Below, in pieces: positions 38,719 to 52,600 of a stretch of 64,000 bases of DNA (position 1 is the first letter of the stretch; each line of letters begins with the position of its first letter). A program made the translations under genes and the position numbers. The notes beneath the pieces were generated by a model, which searched no databases, was not told the DNA's origin, and was given only the letters and a program-made list of their open reading frames with translations. This DNA is from Octopus sinensis (taxonomy: Eukaryota), in the NCBI RefSeq assembly GCF_006345805.1, contig NC_043003.1, positions 91,512,001-91,576,000 of the forward strand, given 5' to 3'.

Positions 38719-39758
38719 CTATGGGCTTCTTTCAGTTTCCTTCAATCAAATTCATTCACTATGCTTTGGCCAGCCTGAGGCTATAGTAGGAGGACACTTG
38801 CCCAATGTGCCACGCAGTGGGGACTGAATCCAGAATCATGTGGTTAAGAAGCAATGCGCCTGTTGATAATTTTTTTGACCAGCAGGATGAAAGCTTCTTC
38901 ACCAATGAGATCCAGGCACTGTAACGCCAACGAAAGAAGTGTGTGAACTGCAAGGGGAACTGCGAAAAATAAGCCTCATTTGGTCACATTCCATGAGAGC
39001 ATCTTGATCAACCTATGAAATTTTCCAGCTGACCCTTGGACATTAGCTACCCTGTATTTTGAGTGGACATGTTTCAATATAAATTTCCCACTGGTTTAAT
39101 AAAATGGGTTCTGCCTAAGCTGGAGTATTTTTCTTAAAAGAATTATAAAAAGATTAACTTATCTCTTATATACAAAGGGTCTACATTTTTAAAAAACTTG
39201 TAAGAATATTATAAGCACAAGTGATATTCCTTTATCTTATATGCCCGAAACTTGAAGGGCTTTAGATTTTGGATCTTTCTGGACATTGAAATGATTGTCT
39301 ATTTGAATTTATAAAATGGACTAAAATGATTGAGACTGAAAATTCTTTTGATTTTCAATTTTGAGGCACTTCTTACATTAAAAAGACACATTAAGCAGTT
39401 GTAGGATTCAGGATTATCAACCTTCAATGAAATACAAGGCAATCACCAAATTTTGCAGGAAAATAAACAAACAAACAAAAAAAAGGAAAGAAAAGAAAGA
39501 ATACTTTGACATATGTTTAGGGATATACATAGTATTTCCTTTTTATTCTTTTATTTGTTTTAGTCATTTGACTGTAGCCATGCTGTAGCACTGCCTTTAG
39601 TCGAACAAATCGACCCCAGGACTTATTCTTTGTAAGCCTAGTAGTTATTCTATCGATAACTTTGCTGAACCGCTAAGTTATGTGGGCATAAACACACCAA
39701 CATCGGTTGTCAAGCGGTATTTGGGGGTGGGTGGTGACAAACACAGACACACAAACAT

Positions 39759-39798
<40 letters not shown>

Positions 39799-42700
39799 GA
39801 CAGGCTTCTTTCAGTTTCCATCTACCAAATCCACTCACAAGGCTTTGGTCGGCCCGAGGCTGTAGTAAAAGACACTTGCCCAGGGCGCCACGCAGTGGGA
39901 CTGAACCCAGAACCATGTGGTTGGTAAGCAAGCTACTTACCACACAGCCACTCCTGCACCTATGGAATGTTTTTTTTTACATCTAATATCCATAAAAAAT
40001 ATATTTAATTATTAAATCTATATTCAGATATATAGCCATCTTTTTTCTGCAGAGGTGTCCCCTAAAAATGTCTCTGTGCTGAATACTTTGACAAAAAGTA
40101 TGTTTCAGCTCACTTTGTTATAAACAGGGACCAACGGAAGCAGATTACTCTCAATATATAAACAGCATATGAACTGTGAATGAAGCAGAAATTCACTGAG
40201 AGAACTGGAATTAGATATGTTGATGTGGGAATTGAAACACATGGAAAGCAGCTGCGTTTTGCAAATCTGTCCTATTTATGTGAATAATGGAGAGGAAAAG
40301 AGAAAAAAAACAACAAACTCCCATAAATTTGATGATGATGATTGTGATACATTTGTTTCCATAGTAACTGATTTTACTATAATTGCAATGACTTCAGTCG
40401 TTTTCTGAAGGAGGGTGTTAACTGGGTTTATTCACCACCAACTGGTAACATTAATTAGATAATAGACATTCTGCTCTAACTAAAAGCTACAATTACTATT
40501 TCTATGATATATAAATAGATTTGCTCTACATAAATCTGGCTGATGATTCCTCCAATTACTCAAGGTCAGGTCAATCACAAATTAAGATATTAATGTGGTG
40601 AAAATTAGTGTCAACAAACAGAAACAGCCACAAACAACACATACGAAACCAATACAAGAGAGAATATTTTACGATACCTTCTGAAAATTTACTTTCAAGT
40701 TCTGTGTTTCCAATAGCTTTTGATGCTTGACACATTTGTCTCAACATTTCCTCTAATCGCCGCATGATTCTTATAACACTTCCTGTTAAAATAGTTTTAT
40801 TAAACCAAATGTTACTAATTCAGTAAGTGGGATGTAACACCAATCACAACCATTGGTAGAAAGCAATCCTTAACCCTTTAGCATTTAAATTGGGTATATC
40901 GGGCCCAAACATTCTACCTGCTTTATGTATTCAAGCTGGTCAGATCTAGCCTCTCATACCTGCCCTACAATAACATTCTAATAAGCTAACACTACATCAA
41001 AATTCTAAAGCTACGAGATAATGCATGATTAATTCAAAACGTGAATAAATAGGCATTAAATTTGACAGAGGAATCTGAATGCTAAAAGGTTAATGCAGTT
41101 AACAAAACCAAAAATCATGATTAAAAGGAAAACAAAAAAACAGTTCATATTGAAGTTTTGAGATACTCAGCTGACCATGTTAGAAATAATACAAATAAAA
41201 TGGCTTTGTAGATATGGTATCAGAGGGTTATCAAGTCAAAAGTCTTCATTTTAAAAATCACTGTAGGTTATTTTACTGTGTATTTGGAGATTTCATTGAA
41301 TACCATGTGCCTAATTTTACCTAACTGGTGGAAATATGTCCTGTATTCTATCATAGAGGAGACCTATCTTTCTCCAACTTCAAGTTAAGGATTTGTACCT
41401 AAGCACTGCTTCTGAAAAGCTATTTGAAGCTTCAGAGATATATTTTGCATTTAGTAAGTGTCCCAGCTGTAAATAGGAACTAAGCAGAGATACAGTAGAC
41501 TGCTGTAGGTAGTTTGGTAAGTTGTAAATTAATTACAGTTGTATTAGCTTACTGTAGGAAGCTCAAGTCCTGAAACTGCTCACTGAAAAAGAAACAGATC
41601 CTAATGACCACCAACAAGAATTCTAAACGTCCACTGAGTCTCTACATGAAAATCACTTGATCTGTTGTTAGAAATAGCAGTCAAATCTACAAGAATGACA
41701 CTATGCTCGCTTAACGAATATAGTACTAATGAACAAGATGGTCATGACCAGAATGCTTTGATCATAAGACTGCTCATTCAGGACTCTCTGGTGCTAAATA
41801 ACCACCATCACCCTCCTATACGCACAACTTTATTTGCTTTGATTAACCACCTTTATCAGTCCTGATTAACTAACTCTCACATTGATTAATAGTAATTGTT
41901 AACCAAATCAGTAGCCATAAAAGGTCAATCTGTTTTTTTAGTTAATAAGAGTAATAATTTTGTTTTTAACAATTTTTGCATTTTCAAACTGGGATAAATC
42001 AAGGAAAACAGAAAACCTCATGAAAAGCTATTATGTTATACCTTCAAATATATCAGTCATTTTACAAATTTGAGCAAACTCAGCACCATTGCACCAAGCA
42101 TTCACAACATCCATCATATGTGGTTTGAAAGAATCAACGTAAGTTTCTTCATCCATCTCTATCTTGGCTTCTTTGCTCACTCGGGCAATTCTTCTGGCAG
42201 TTTCCTGTAAAACAAAAAGACCAATTCTAAAAGACACCAGCATCGGAGTAAATACAGAATGGTGTGTGATTCTTTAATCCTGCTGCAGTCAAACACTTCT
42301 AATACTGGTAGTACAATGAAACTACACCCAGTGCACAGCCCATGCTGTAATGTGAGTAATGACAGGAAGGGAAACTATCTGTTTAAATAAAAATGACATG
42401 CACAACAACAAAGGTTAGTTGTTTTCTCTGTGGTTGTAAGTGCCAGATGATGAAAGACTCGTACCAACTTGGAAAAACGCAAAACAATGATGCCAACTGT
42501 GAATGATTTTTACAAAGGTTTTCATATTTTGATCCACTAAGCTAAACAATTAGCATCATCATTTCTTAATGTTTACCTTCCTTGCTAGCAGGGATTAGAC
42601 AGTGTGACAGGATCAAACCTGTTGGAGGACCGAGTCATGCTCCAATGTCTACTTTGACATGGTTTTTATTGTTGGAAGCTCTTCCTAACACCCACCACAA

Positions 42701-45700
42701 TACAGAGTGTACCTGGTGTTTGTTTTTTTTTCATGGCACCAGCACTAACAAGATTACCATGTAGCTCACAAGATGAAGTAAATATGATATAAATAATGCA
42801 GACGCAGTGTTGATGATGATGACTTAGAGCTTGGTACAGTTGCGTTATTAGTAAATGATTAAGAATTTTAGACTGCCTGGTGGTAGTGATGGAGAGCAGA
42901 AAAGATAAAACACCAACTAAATACCTTTCATGAGTTAATTCAGTCCTGCTATAATATAAGAATTTGGCTTTCTCCTGGGCAATAGTAGCATGACTGAACT
43001 GGCTTCAAAATGAAGAATAAGACAAGCTACAGACTCATTGAGAACATGGTGTCACACATACAAGTCATAATAAAAATGTCATACATTTTGGAGAAACCCT
43101 CACTCAGTTAAGACTATCTCAGCAGAGATAGCTGACAGATAAACCAATTCCATTGGAACAAAGAAGTCTAGTCATTTTAGAGGATAGTGGTGAGAAGCAA
43201 AATGTCAAGAAATCAAAGGGAATATGGAAGATAATTGAAAAGCTAACTAACACTTGGTGTGTTTGACTAGTGATACCAGCAACAGCAGTAAATTTGTGAC
43301 AGCTGATGTACAAATACACTCTTTTACTCTTCTCCAAATGACATTCTATACTACTGGCTACGATATAAAGACAGATAATATTAGCACTGCTAATCCTTCC
43401 TGTAAAATAGCAATGGTTTTGTTACCTGGATGCACTGAACCAAGTTTCGCCAGGAAAAATAAAAGCCATAACAGCAGCAAACAATTTCAAGATATACATT
43501 TGCTGCTATATTTCATTTTACTTCATAAACTCCCTGTTTTTTAACTGCATCTCCATCATCATTATCACTGCTGTCACTATCATCACCATTGCCACTGCTG
43601 TCACTATCATCAACATTTTAATATTCACTTTTCCATGCTAGAATGGGTTAGATACAATATGTGAGGCAGACCAAATCTCTCGTTTATTTGGGTAATCACT
43701 AAAACTAATGTAATTAAGTGCACTTACCTGCATGATTCTTAATGGTCCACGAAGTGTTTCTGTCAATTTGGGAGTTTCTGATGCTTTTTCTTGGCAGACA
43801 AAACAACTGAGGAGGGCACAACTCTGTTGGACAGTGAGGTCAGTGAAAACTCCATGGAAAATCAACTCAGTAAGAAGAAGTTCTTGACCACTGAAAATTT
43901 AAATATGAAATTAAGTCATGAAATAGTGAGTTATTTTTGAGAAACCAGATAATCCAATAAAAGGTAAATACAATTTATAATGACCAACAATTTAATTTAT
44001 GAAGTTGAAAAAAAAAGAAAGAAAACTTTACTTTTGATATATTCACAAACTTATAAATTTTGTCTACAACCAAAAATTAACACACTGGTTAACCCTTTCG
44101 TTACTATATTTCTGACCAAAATACACCCCTCATGAGTTTCAATTAAATTCTAAAATAATCATGAATTTAGGCTTGTTTCATTAAATAACTGTAATTTTTT
44201 TTACTTATCAACATATTAATGTGATATTTGGAACATAATTAAAGAAAGGGTTCTTAATCAATTCTATTGCATAACTTTTGTCTCAAAGTGACTTTAATTA
44301 CAGATAAATCCACGTAAATTGAGCAAAAGGTAAAAATATTAAAATTTTGTTTAAACATCACCATAGAAAATGAATCATCAGCTAATATTCAAATGGGTAT
44401 GCAACAAAATTTTGATAAAGAAGAATTGTGCACATCACTAGATCATCAGTTGAATTTAATGCACAACAGGTGTACCATAAAGGTGGAATAAACTGAAATA
44501 CTGGAATCCACTGCAAGTTTGACCGAACTAAAGAAATCGGTAAAAAAATAATATACGGCCCTGGTTATGGTATGGAAGTGATAAATTCCAGACCACATCG
44601 TTCCCTAGGCAATGCTGACTAATATTATTTTCCCTGTATAAAAACTAAATCCACAACAGTACCCAGTATTTGCTTCACAAATTTTCCAAACTTTGTTCCC
44701 CCATTTTGTGTTTGTTTACAATCTGCGTAAATTTGTTTCCGCATTGATCACTCCAAACAAGCATAATGAAAAAAATAAAGTCTAATGGTTTCACTTCCTA
44801 AGAAAGACTATAGATAAACTCAATCTCCTCAGAAAAATTGCTAATAAAAACATTTTTAAAGTTTTTTTTTACTTCATTCCGATGTAAAATCGTCTTTGCT
44901 ATCGCCATTGCCACTTTGTTTCTTTGGAATCGCTGCTTTCATTTTCGGATAAAAAAAATATCCTATTCATTATTGTACACCACGTGCTTTTGTACCTATT
45001 TCATTCTTTTTCTCGATATCTCCCTATTTTCCGTTGAAAAAGCTTTAAATTTGGAATCAATACTTGATAACATGAAACTCCTATCCATTTTCAATGTTGA
45101 AGAAAAATCGATGCCAAAAAAATGTGGAAAAAAATCTCCCAAAATTCACTGAGTTCAAATATCAGGTCAAGCAATGTCGAATACTACAACCCAACTATTT
45201 ATAAATGAAATCACGTGTTTTAACGAATGTACCGAGATTTGGGTTCAAATTTACATTTAAATAACAATAGGTTCTCTCGGCCGGCTACGGCCAGGTTGGT
45301 ATTATGAAGCAAAAAATTTTTCGGCCGGGTTAGTAACGAAAGGGTTAAACCAACAGATTAAAAAAAAAATTAGAATAACCCTCTGTTGGTCACTTTCCAC
45401 ATTTTGAACATATTGCTTTTCTGGACATCAAAACAAAAGTTCTAATGTCTAGCAGCTGACTTCATAAATGCCCACAAGATTATCCACCATCTTTCCAACT
45501 TCAGCCACCTTTTTGAATTCAATAACTCTCCTGTATATGGACATGCTTATAAAATCAGAGTAGGGCCCATGACTTTCAGAAACATTGTTTTCACACTCAG
45601 TATTGTCAAAGCACAGAATAAACTCTCTGCATCAGTCATTAGCTATCAAGACAATGCATCATTAAAAAATTCCATGCTTTCCAAAATTCACTAACACTAT

Positions 45701-46646
45701 TTCTAGAAAGCCTATGTACCCTTTCATCTTTATGGCTCTTTCACTATTCACTTTTCTATCTTTCATATCTCATTGTTTTCTTTCTTTACTTGACCTATTG
45801 CTATTTCAGGCTCATTAGTGTGCCATAGCTCTGTAAGTAGGTGTTGTCTTGACATTTGCATGCTGTGCTGACGACAGTGTCAGGGATGCAAAAAAGGGGT
45901 CCAGCCATTGAACGGTTTGTTATTTGAAAGACCACTGGAAATAGTACCTGGCTCAAAAAAAACAATGTTGGTTGGTGCCGGGAAGCACATCCCACGACAG
46001 GGCTATGACAAATTGGAGTACTGTGTTATTACATTGTTTATATATTATTGTCCTTACAAATGTTTCAGTTGGTACAAGATGCAACAGCAAAATATCTTGT
46101 TGTGAGGCATACAAGCTATCAAAGTTAGACAGGTGTTAATGGTGTCCTCATGTAGCCAATTTTTCCTTTTTTTTTTTTTCAGTTACCGTTATGGATTAGC
46201 CTGATGTACGCCATGGGTTTGCTATTTAACTCTTTAGTGTTCAGATTACTCTGTTGAATGTAATGTGTTTTTATTCAAATTGTTTTGAATTAATTATGCA
46301 TTTTCTTATATCTTTGCAGTTTCAATAATGTGATTGTTTATTTTTAGAATGATATTGTAGGGTAGGTGTGAGACCAAATCTGGCCAGTTTGAATATTGGG
46401 GCCAGATATGGCCAGTTTAAATGCTAAAGCATTAAATGTTTATCAACCAGTAAAATGTAGGAGACTGTTTTTGCTAAGCTTGTACATTTACGTTTGTGCT
46501 GTTGTTGTTCTACCATGTTCTATTTGTATATAACTGTAAATTCAACTTGAATTTGAACTGAAAATATCTGGATTTAGGATTTAAGTTTTATTCCTTTAAA
46601 ACTAACCAAACCTTGCAGTTACCATCACAATATCAGGGTTATTAAA

Positions 46647-46690
<44 letters not shown>

Positions 46691-49600
46691 AAAGTTTGAT
46701 TACCTGTCAATTTCACAAGCAACTCTGCCTTTCATTTCAATAACATCTGAAGGCGTTGCATAGCCAAGTCGCCTCAACACACGCTTCCGGCATTTCAACT
46801 CATCCATTTGCAGTAATGACTTCTTTTTCTTCATTTCAAGTTTGATTTTTTTAATTTCTTGTCCAAGCTAAAATACACAAAGAAATCTTTATATTGTGTC
46901 CAACATAGAACATAGAAAATCTTCATATTTTGTCCAAGCTAAAATACATAACTCTTCATAACCTTATATATTGTGCAAGCTACATAAGGAAATCTTTAAA
47001 AGAATGTAATATGTTGTGTGTGCTTTCTACCAAATTCCTAACTGTCCACTTTTGAGTGTTCCTGGGCAAAGCAAATAAACGTATTATTCTCAACCCACCT
47101 AGCTGACAACATTTTTCACACTAATTTCCGAGTTGCTTGGTTAAGCAAGAGACAGAATTCAAATGTAAAACAGAAAAGTGAAGTATGCTACCATGGAACA
47201 TGAATGTAGAAGGAACAAACACTATTTGAATGAAATTCTTTGTATACAAAGACTGTGCAACATGTCGAGAAACTTGGATATCCTTTTGAGATTGACTGTA
47301 AGCAAAGGACACCAACCAGTATTGATAGTGAGATTGTTGTTTACTGTTAACAAAAATATATGAAGACAAAGGGAAATATGAACTCACACAAACACACACA
47401 TGACACTCAGAAATACGCCTGATAGGCTTCTTCAGTTTCTAAACCAATTTCATTTACAAGGTATTAGTCAATCCATTGGGTGTAGTATAGAATGTCAGCT
47501 GATAATATTCAGGCAGGGCAACAAAACCCCTAAACAACATGGCTTCAAAGACAACTTCAAAACTACACAGGCATGCCTGTACCTACTGGTGCATTTGATT
47601 TTATTTACCTTAGCTTTTCGTTCATACAGTGAATAATATTCTTCCAGTTTTGGGTCTTTATGAAGAGGATGGGAATACATACGGTGTTCAAAAGCTTCAA
47701 TTTTCTGAAAGGGACAAAAATACAATCAAATATAAATTGCCTGTAGCAAACATCTAACAAATTGCACATAAAATATTACTCATGTGTGTGTACATATGTA
47801 TATGCATACATTATATATATTCATATTATACATGTGTGTATATGTACACAAACATACATAGCATACACAATATTTTGTTACAAGGAAGGAAACTGTTATC
47901 TATAGTTCAAATCTGCAAAAGATAACAAATGGAATAATGTTCATGAAATGTTGCTTATACCTTAATGTTTTCCTTCAAGCCTTTCTCTCGGATACCCATA
48001 TCATCAATTGGGTCTAGCAAGGGTAGACCACATGGAAACCTGCGTTGGACTTCCTGAAAGAATGAAAGAAAGCACAAGTATTTCAGTGAAGTTAAAATAT
48101 AAAGTGATTTTGCAATAGGAAACTTCATGAAATAAAATAAAATTAAACCAATATGTAGTCTATCATTAGGCTTTCAAAGCTTTATTCTGCCATAAACACA
48201 ATGGATTCCACCTCATACAACATAAAATCACACAGCATAAATTAAATATGTTAAAAGTATGTATTACTGAAACATGTCTGTATACATGATAGTGTGTTGA
48301 ACTTAGTATAAATTGTACTGAACGTCAGTTCAGTACATTGCTAGTAATTGTTACATTAACTTTTAAGAACCCACCCACCCACTCAGCATTAATCCCTTCC
48401 CTTTCTTGGTCACACTGCTCCACCCCAATTAGTGCCTACTATATCATTCTGTTACTCTCATCACAACTGTAAATCTGTTCCTCTCATCCTACCCTGCCCC
48501 ATCCTGCTGTCTCGGACCCTAACCCTGTCCTCTCTTCTGTTCTTCCTGTTTTAGGGATCACATTAGCTTCTAATCTTGCAAGGCAATCTTTACGAGTGCC
48601 GGAGCAATGAGAAAAGCATCCACTATAACTTGTAGAGGGGTTTGTGTTAGAAAGGGCATTCAGCTGTACAAACTATACCCACGGTAGACATTGGATTAGG
48701 ATAAGAGTCCTCCAACTCATCGGATCCTGTGAAACAATCCAACCTATGTCAACATGGAAGCCAGACATTAAATGATAGAATCCTTATGAAAACATTTTAT
48801 ACATAATGGGTTATCTTACACATTGATTATAAAATTTAAGCCAATGAATCAATGAGTATAAATTATCACACAGGTCAAAGAGAGGGTCATAGCCCAACTA
48901 ATTAGGGAGAAAGTCTGCTTAGATGAGATGCAGTTCAGTTTTGTGCCAGGTAGAAGCACCACTGATGCTAAATTCCTGGTACAGCAACTACAGGAGAAAT
49001 ACCAAGCCAAAGATAAACCCCTATATGGACTTAGAGAAAGCCTTTGACAGGGTTCCCAATCCCTTATCTGGTGGGCAATGCGGAAACTGGGGATTGACAA
49101 ATGGTTAATAAGGGCTGTACAGGCCCTATACAGAAATGCTGCTAGTAGGGTTAGGATTGGAGATAAGTATAGTTAAGAATTCCAGGTAGAAGTAGGGGTC
49201 CACCAAGGATCAGCCCTTAGCCCCCTCTTATTCATCATAGTCCTCCAGGCAATAACAGAGGAATACAAGACAGGTTGCCCCTAGGAACTCCTCTATGCTG
49301 ATGACCTGGCCCTCATAGCAGAGTCACTACCAGAACTAGAGAAGAAACTTCAAGTGTGGAAGCAAGGTTTAGAATTGAAGGGTCTTAGAGTCAATGTTGC
49401 AAACAACAAAGTTCTAGTAAGTAGGAAGGCAAACACATCACACACCCCTTCAGGTAGGTGGCCCTGCTCGATCTGTAGAAAAGGTGTAAGTAGAAACTCC
49501 ATAAGATGTACCCAGTGTAAACTACGGACATATAAGAGGTACAGCAACATCAAAGGAAGACTAACCAAGAAAATAGCTTTCACATGCAGCAGATGCACAG

Positions 49601-52600
49601 GGGCAATAAACACCACAGATGCTCAGAAAACAGACTCCATCACATGCCAGGAGGAAAAACTAGAAGTAGTTGATAGCTTCTGGTACTTAGGTGACCAAGT
49701 CAGTAGTGATAATTATCCGCTATGGCCACCTGAACTGCCAAATCGTATGATTTCAGCCCTTCTTGACCTTATCAACAATAGGCATCCATGGCTAGGTACA
49801 GCAGCTTTATCTGTGAGCAATATAAACATGAGTGATTTTATGCACCACATGTCCATATGAGAAGTTCTCTCATGGTAAATAATGCAATATTCTGTGTTCT
49901 GACACAACATCCACTTTAAGTAGGAGATAAATATTTATTTTTTAGTATTAGTACTGCTTGTCACTGTTAATTATTTTGTGTGTGTGTTTGTCCCGCACCA
50001 TTGCTAGACCACCAGTGTTGGTTTGTTTACATCCTTGTAAATTAACAGTTCGGCAAAAGGGACAAATAAGATAAGTACAAGACTGAAAAAATAAAAAGGT
50101 ACTAGGGTCAATTTGTTTGACAAAACCCTTCAAGGCAGTACCTCAGTATGGCCACAGTCTAATAACCGAAATAGGTAGAAGATAAATTTGGATGGTCTCA
50201 GGAACTCTGGTAGCTTAATGAAAGAGTTCAATGGTAAAATCATCAAATAGGAGGAGTCATGAAATGTGGAGTACCTGAACTGATTTTAGGATGCTCTGTC
50301 TGCTGTCCAGTGACCGCAAGTCTTTAGGAACATATAAGCGTACGGAACTTATTGAAGATATCAAATGAATGAGAATAGGTACAACCTAGAAAGAAAAGAC
50401 AAAATAAAATATAGTAACAACATTTAGAAATGATAAATAAATAAATATATCTATATATGAGAGAAAGAGAGAGAGAACCAATACGAAAGATATTAAAAGA
50501 AGCAATACCTGCATCTCTCCTTTCTGTCCAGGAGGACACGGTTTAATAGATAAGCTGCTATGAGTATGAGCTGATTCTTGACTTAAATGGAGAAGAACTT
50601 CACAAACGTACTGAACATCTGATTCCAACTGAAAATATGAGAATGATGGAGATTTTGAATGTAGGTTAACACAGAGGAATTCAAATTAGGAAAAAATGAA
50701 CCCCTTTTGTTTGTATAAAAAAATAAATGTAACACTTTAATAAGCTGATATTTTGTTGTTGAGGAATTATTATAGTTTACGACTGATTATGGTAACAGTA
50801 TATGGATGTCTGCTGCTTTAATTACCAATATTGCTTTGAATAGCATAGTGGGCATCCTAAAACTCCCCCACCCAAATTCTACCGAGGTTTCCAATGTTTG
50901 ACAAAGAGAGAATGCTGATGCATTTAGTAAATCTCAAGAAATCATGAAATTAGCAACAACAACAACAGTGGAGATTGCAATGAGAAGAGGTCTTTTGGGC
51001 TAAAGTCCCTCATGTTATTTTGGAATTTTTTTTCTTTTTTGTAAACTTGCTGATGCAAGTGCTACCAGTTCAAAGCTCTGCAAATTGGATGCTAGCAAGT
51101 TTATGGGGCATCAGGAGAGAATGCATGCTGTTTCTCGATGGCATCATCGCGCACCAGACCCCACTCACTAAATCAACTGGTTATCAGGTTTCACTCAATA
51201 TTCTTCTAGCCATTGCTCATCATCTCTTTTTAACCAAATCCAGTGGTTTGCCTTTTCCACTGTAGTCTGGATATCACTTGTGGTGGTATTTGCTTTTTAA
51301 CTTGAGTAAAGCCTAACGATAACAGTCGCCTCACACTTTGTCCAATGAATCTCCTACATCCAACTTCAATTAGAAAACATTCTGCTTTCCAGCTTGCATC
51401 TTCACATTCCCTGAGGCGGTTTTCATAACAGTCATTCTTTTAAGCCCCAGCAGCAGCCATGTAATCTTCATGAGGAACTGTTAATTTGACTAGATTTACC
51501 ACTTGCTTTTTTCCATGAAATTAGCCACAACATAACAGCAGAGACTGCAATGAGAAGAAGCCTTTGGGTTAAAGTTACCCAAGTCTCTTTGGAATACAGT
51601 TCAGACACTAATTTAGCAAAAATAAAATATACTTGAGATATTTTCCATTTAAATGAATCTATATGCTCTGCAATGCTTTCTGGACTTAAAATTTCATTGA
51701 GTAGACTCTCTCCAAGATGGGTAACAAGTTCGAACAAACCATTCATATCTACTGTTTTCATTTAACTTGTTCTATTTTATCTATTTTTTTATTTTTAAAA
51801 TTTTGGAGTTAAGTTTACCTTGCTTTGATCCGTCTTTTTCTGGATATTGACAACAACTCCCCAACCAAAATCATCATCAGTATTCTTTACCTAGAAAAGA
51901 GAGGCTGATAAGTTAATGAAAATATCATTTCAACATTTAGCCACTTAGCATTTAAAGTGGCCATTTCTGGCACAAACATTCTACGTGTTTTATGTTCAAA
52001 CTGGCCACATCCAGACTCTCACACCTATACAATATCATTCTAAGAATAAAACAATTCATCATCATTATCATCATTTAGCATCCGCTTTCCATACTGGCAT
52101 GGGTTAGATGGTTTGACTGGAACTGATAAGCTGGAAAGCTGCACCAGGTTCCAATCTGATTTGGCAATGGTTTCTATGGCTGGATGCCCTTCATTACGCC
52201 AACCACTCCAAGAGTGTATTGGGTGCTTTTTACGAGCCAGTTTACATGACAACAGCAGTTAAAATCATGAGCATATGAGATAATGCACAATTAATTCAAA
52301 ACAAAGTAAATAAATAAGCGTTAAATATCAACTAAATATATATCACAAACCCCAGAAGGTACTTACTTTAATCAAACGTCCTGGCTGTAAAAACTGCAAT
52401 ATGTTCTGTGGTTTTGTGATATAACCTTGGAACTCAACAGCAAGGGCATCAAGCTGCTGCCTAATCTTATAATAAGTTGCTATCTGCTCTTCATTTGGAA
52501 TTTTCAGGTTATTGTGATCTTTTTCTTGTTTCCGAATATCTACATGGTAAACAAAGGAAAAATATAACATGAGAATGAAACAAAACATTTAAATATTGAT

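Noticed and set aside
44838-45152. 104-aa ORF (and its counterpart 53446-53667) as a piggyBac transposase or membrane protein
   Set aside because: No DDD motif, length and frame differ between copies, and the F/L/I-rich composition reflects AT richness.
45790-46010. Possible intronic snoRNA or second hammerhead (CTGACGA at ~45869)
   Set aside because: No downstream GAAA core with closing stems, and no convincing C/D or H/ACA box pair.
51468-51761. 97-aa ORF with a hydrophobic C-terminus as a nested gene
   Set aside because: Its 3' part overlaps a frameshifted RLE retrotransposon relic and a duplicated block; no independent support.
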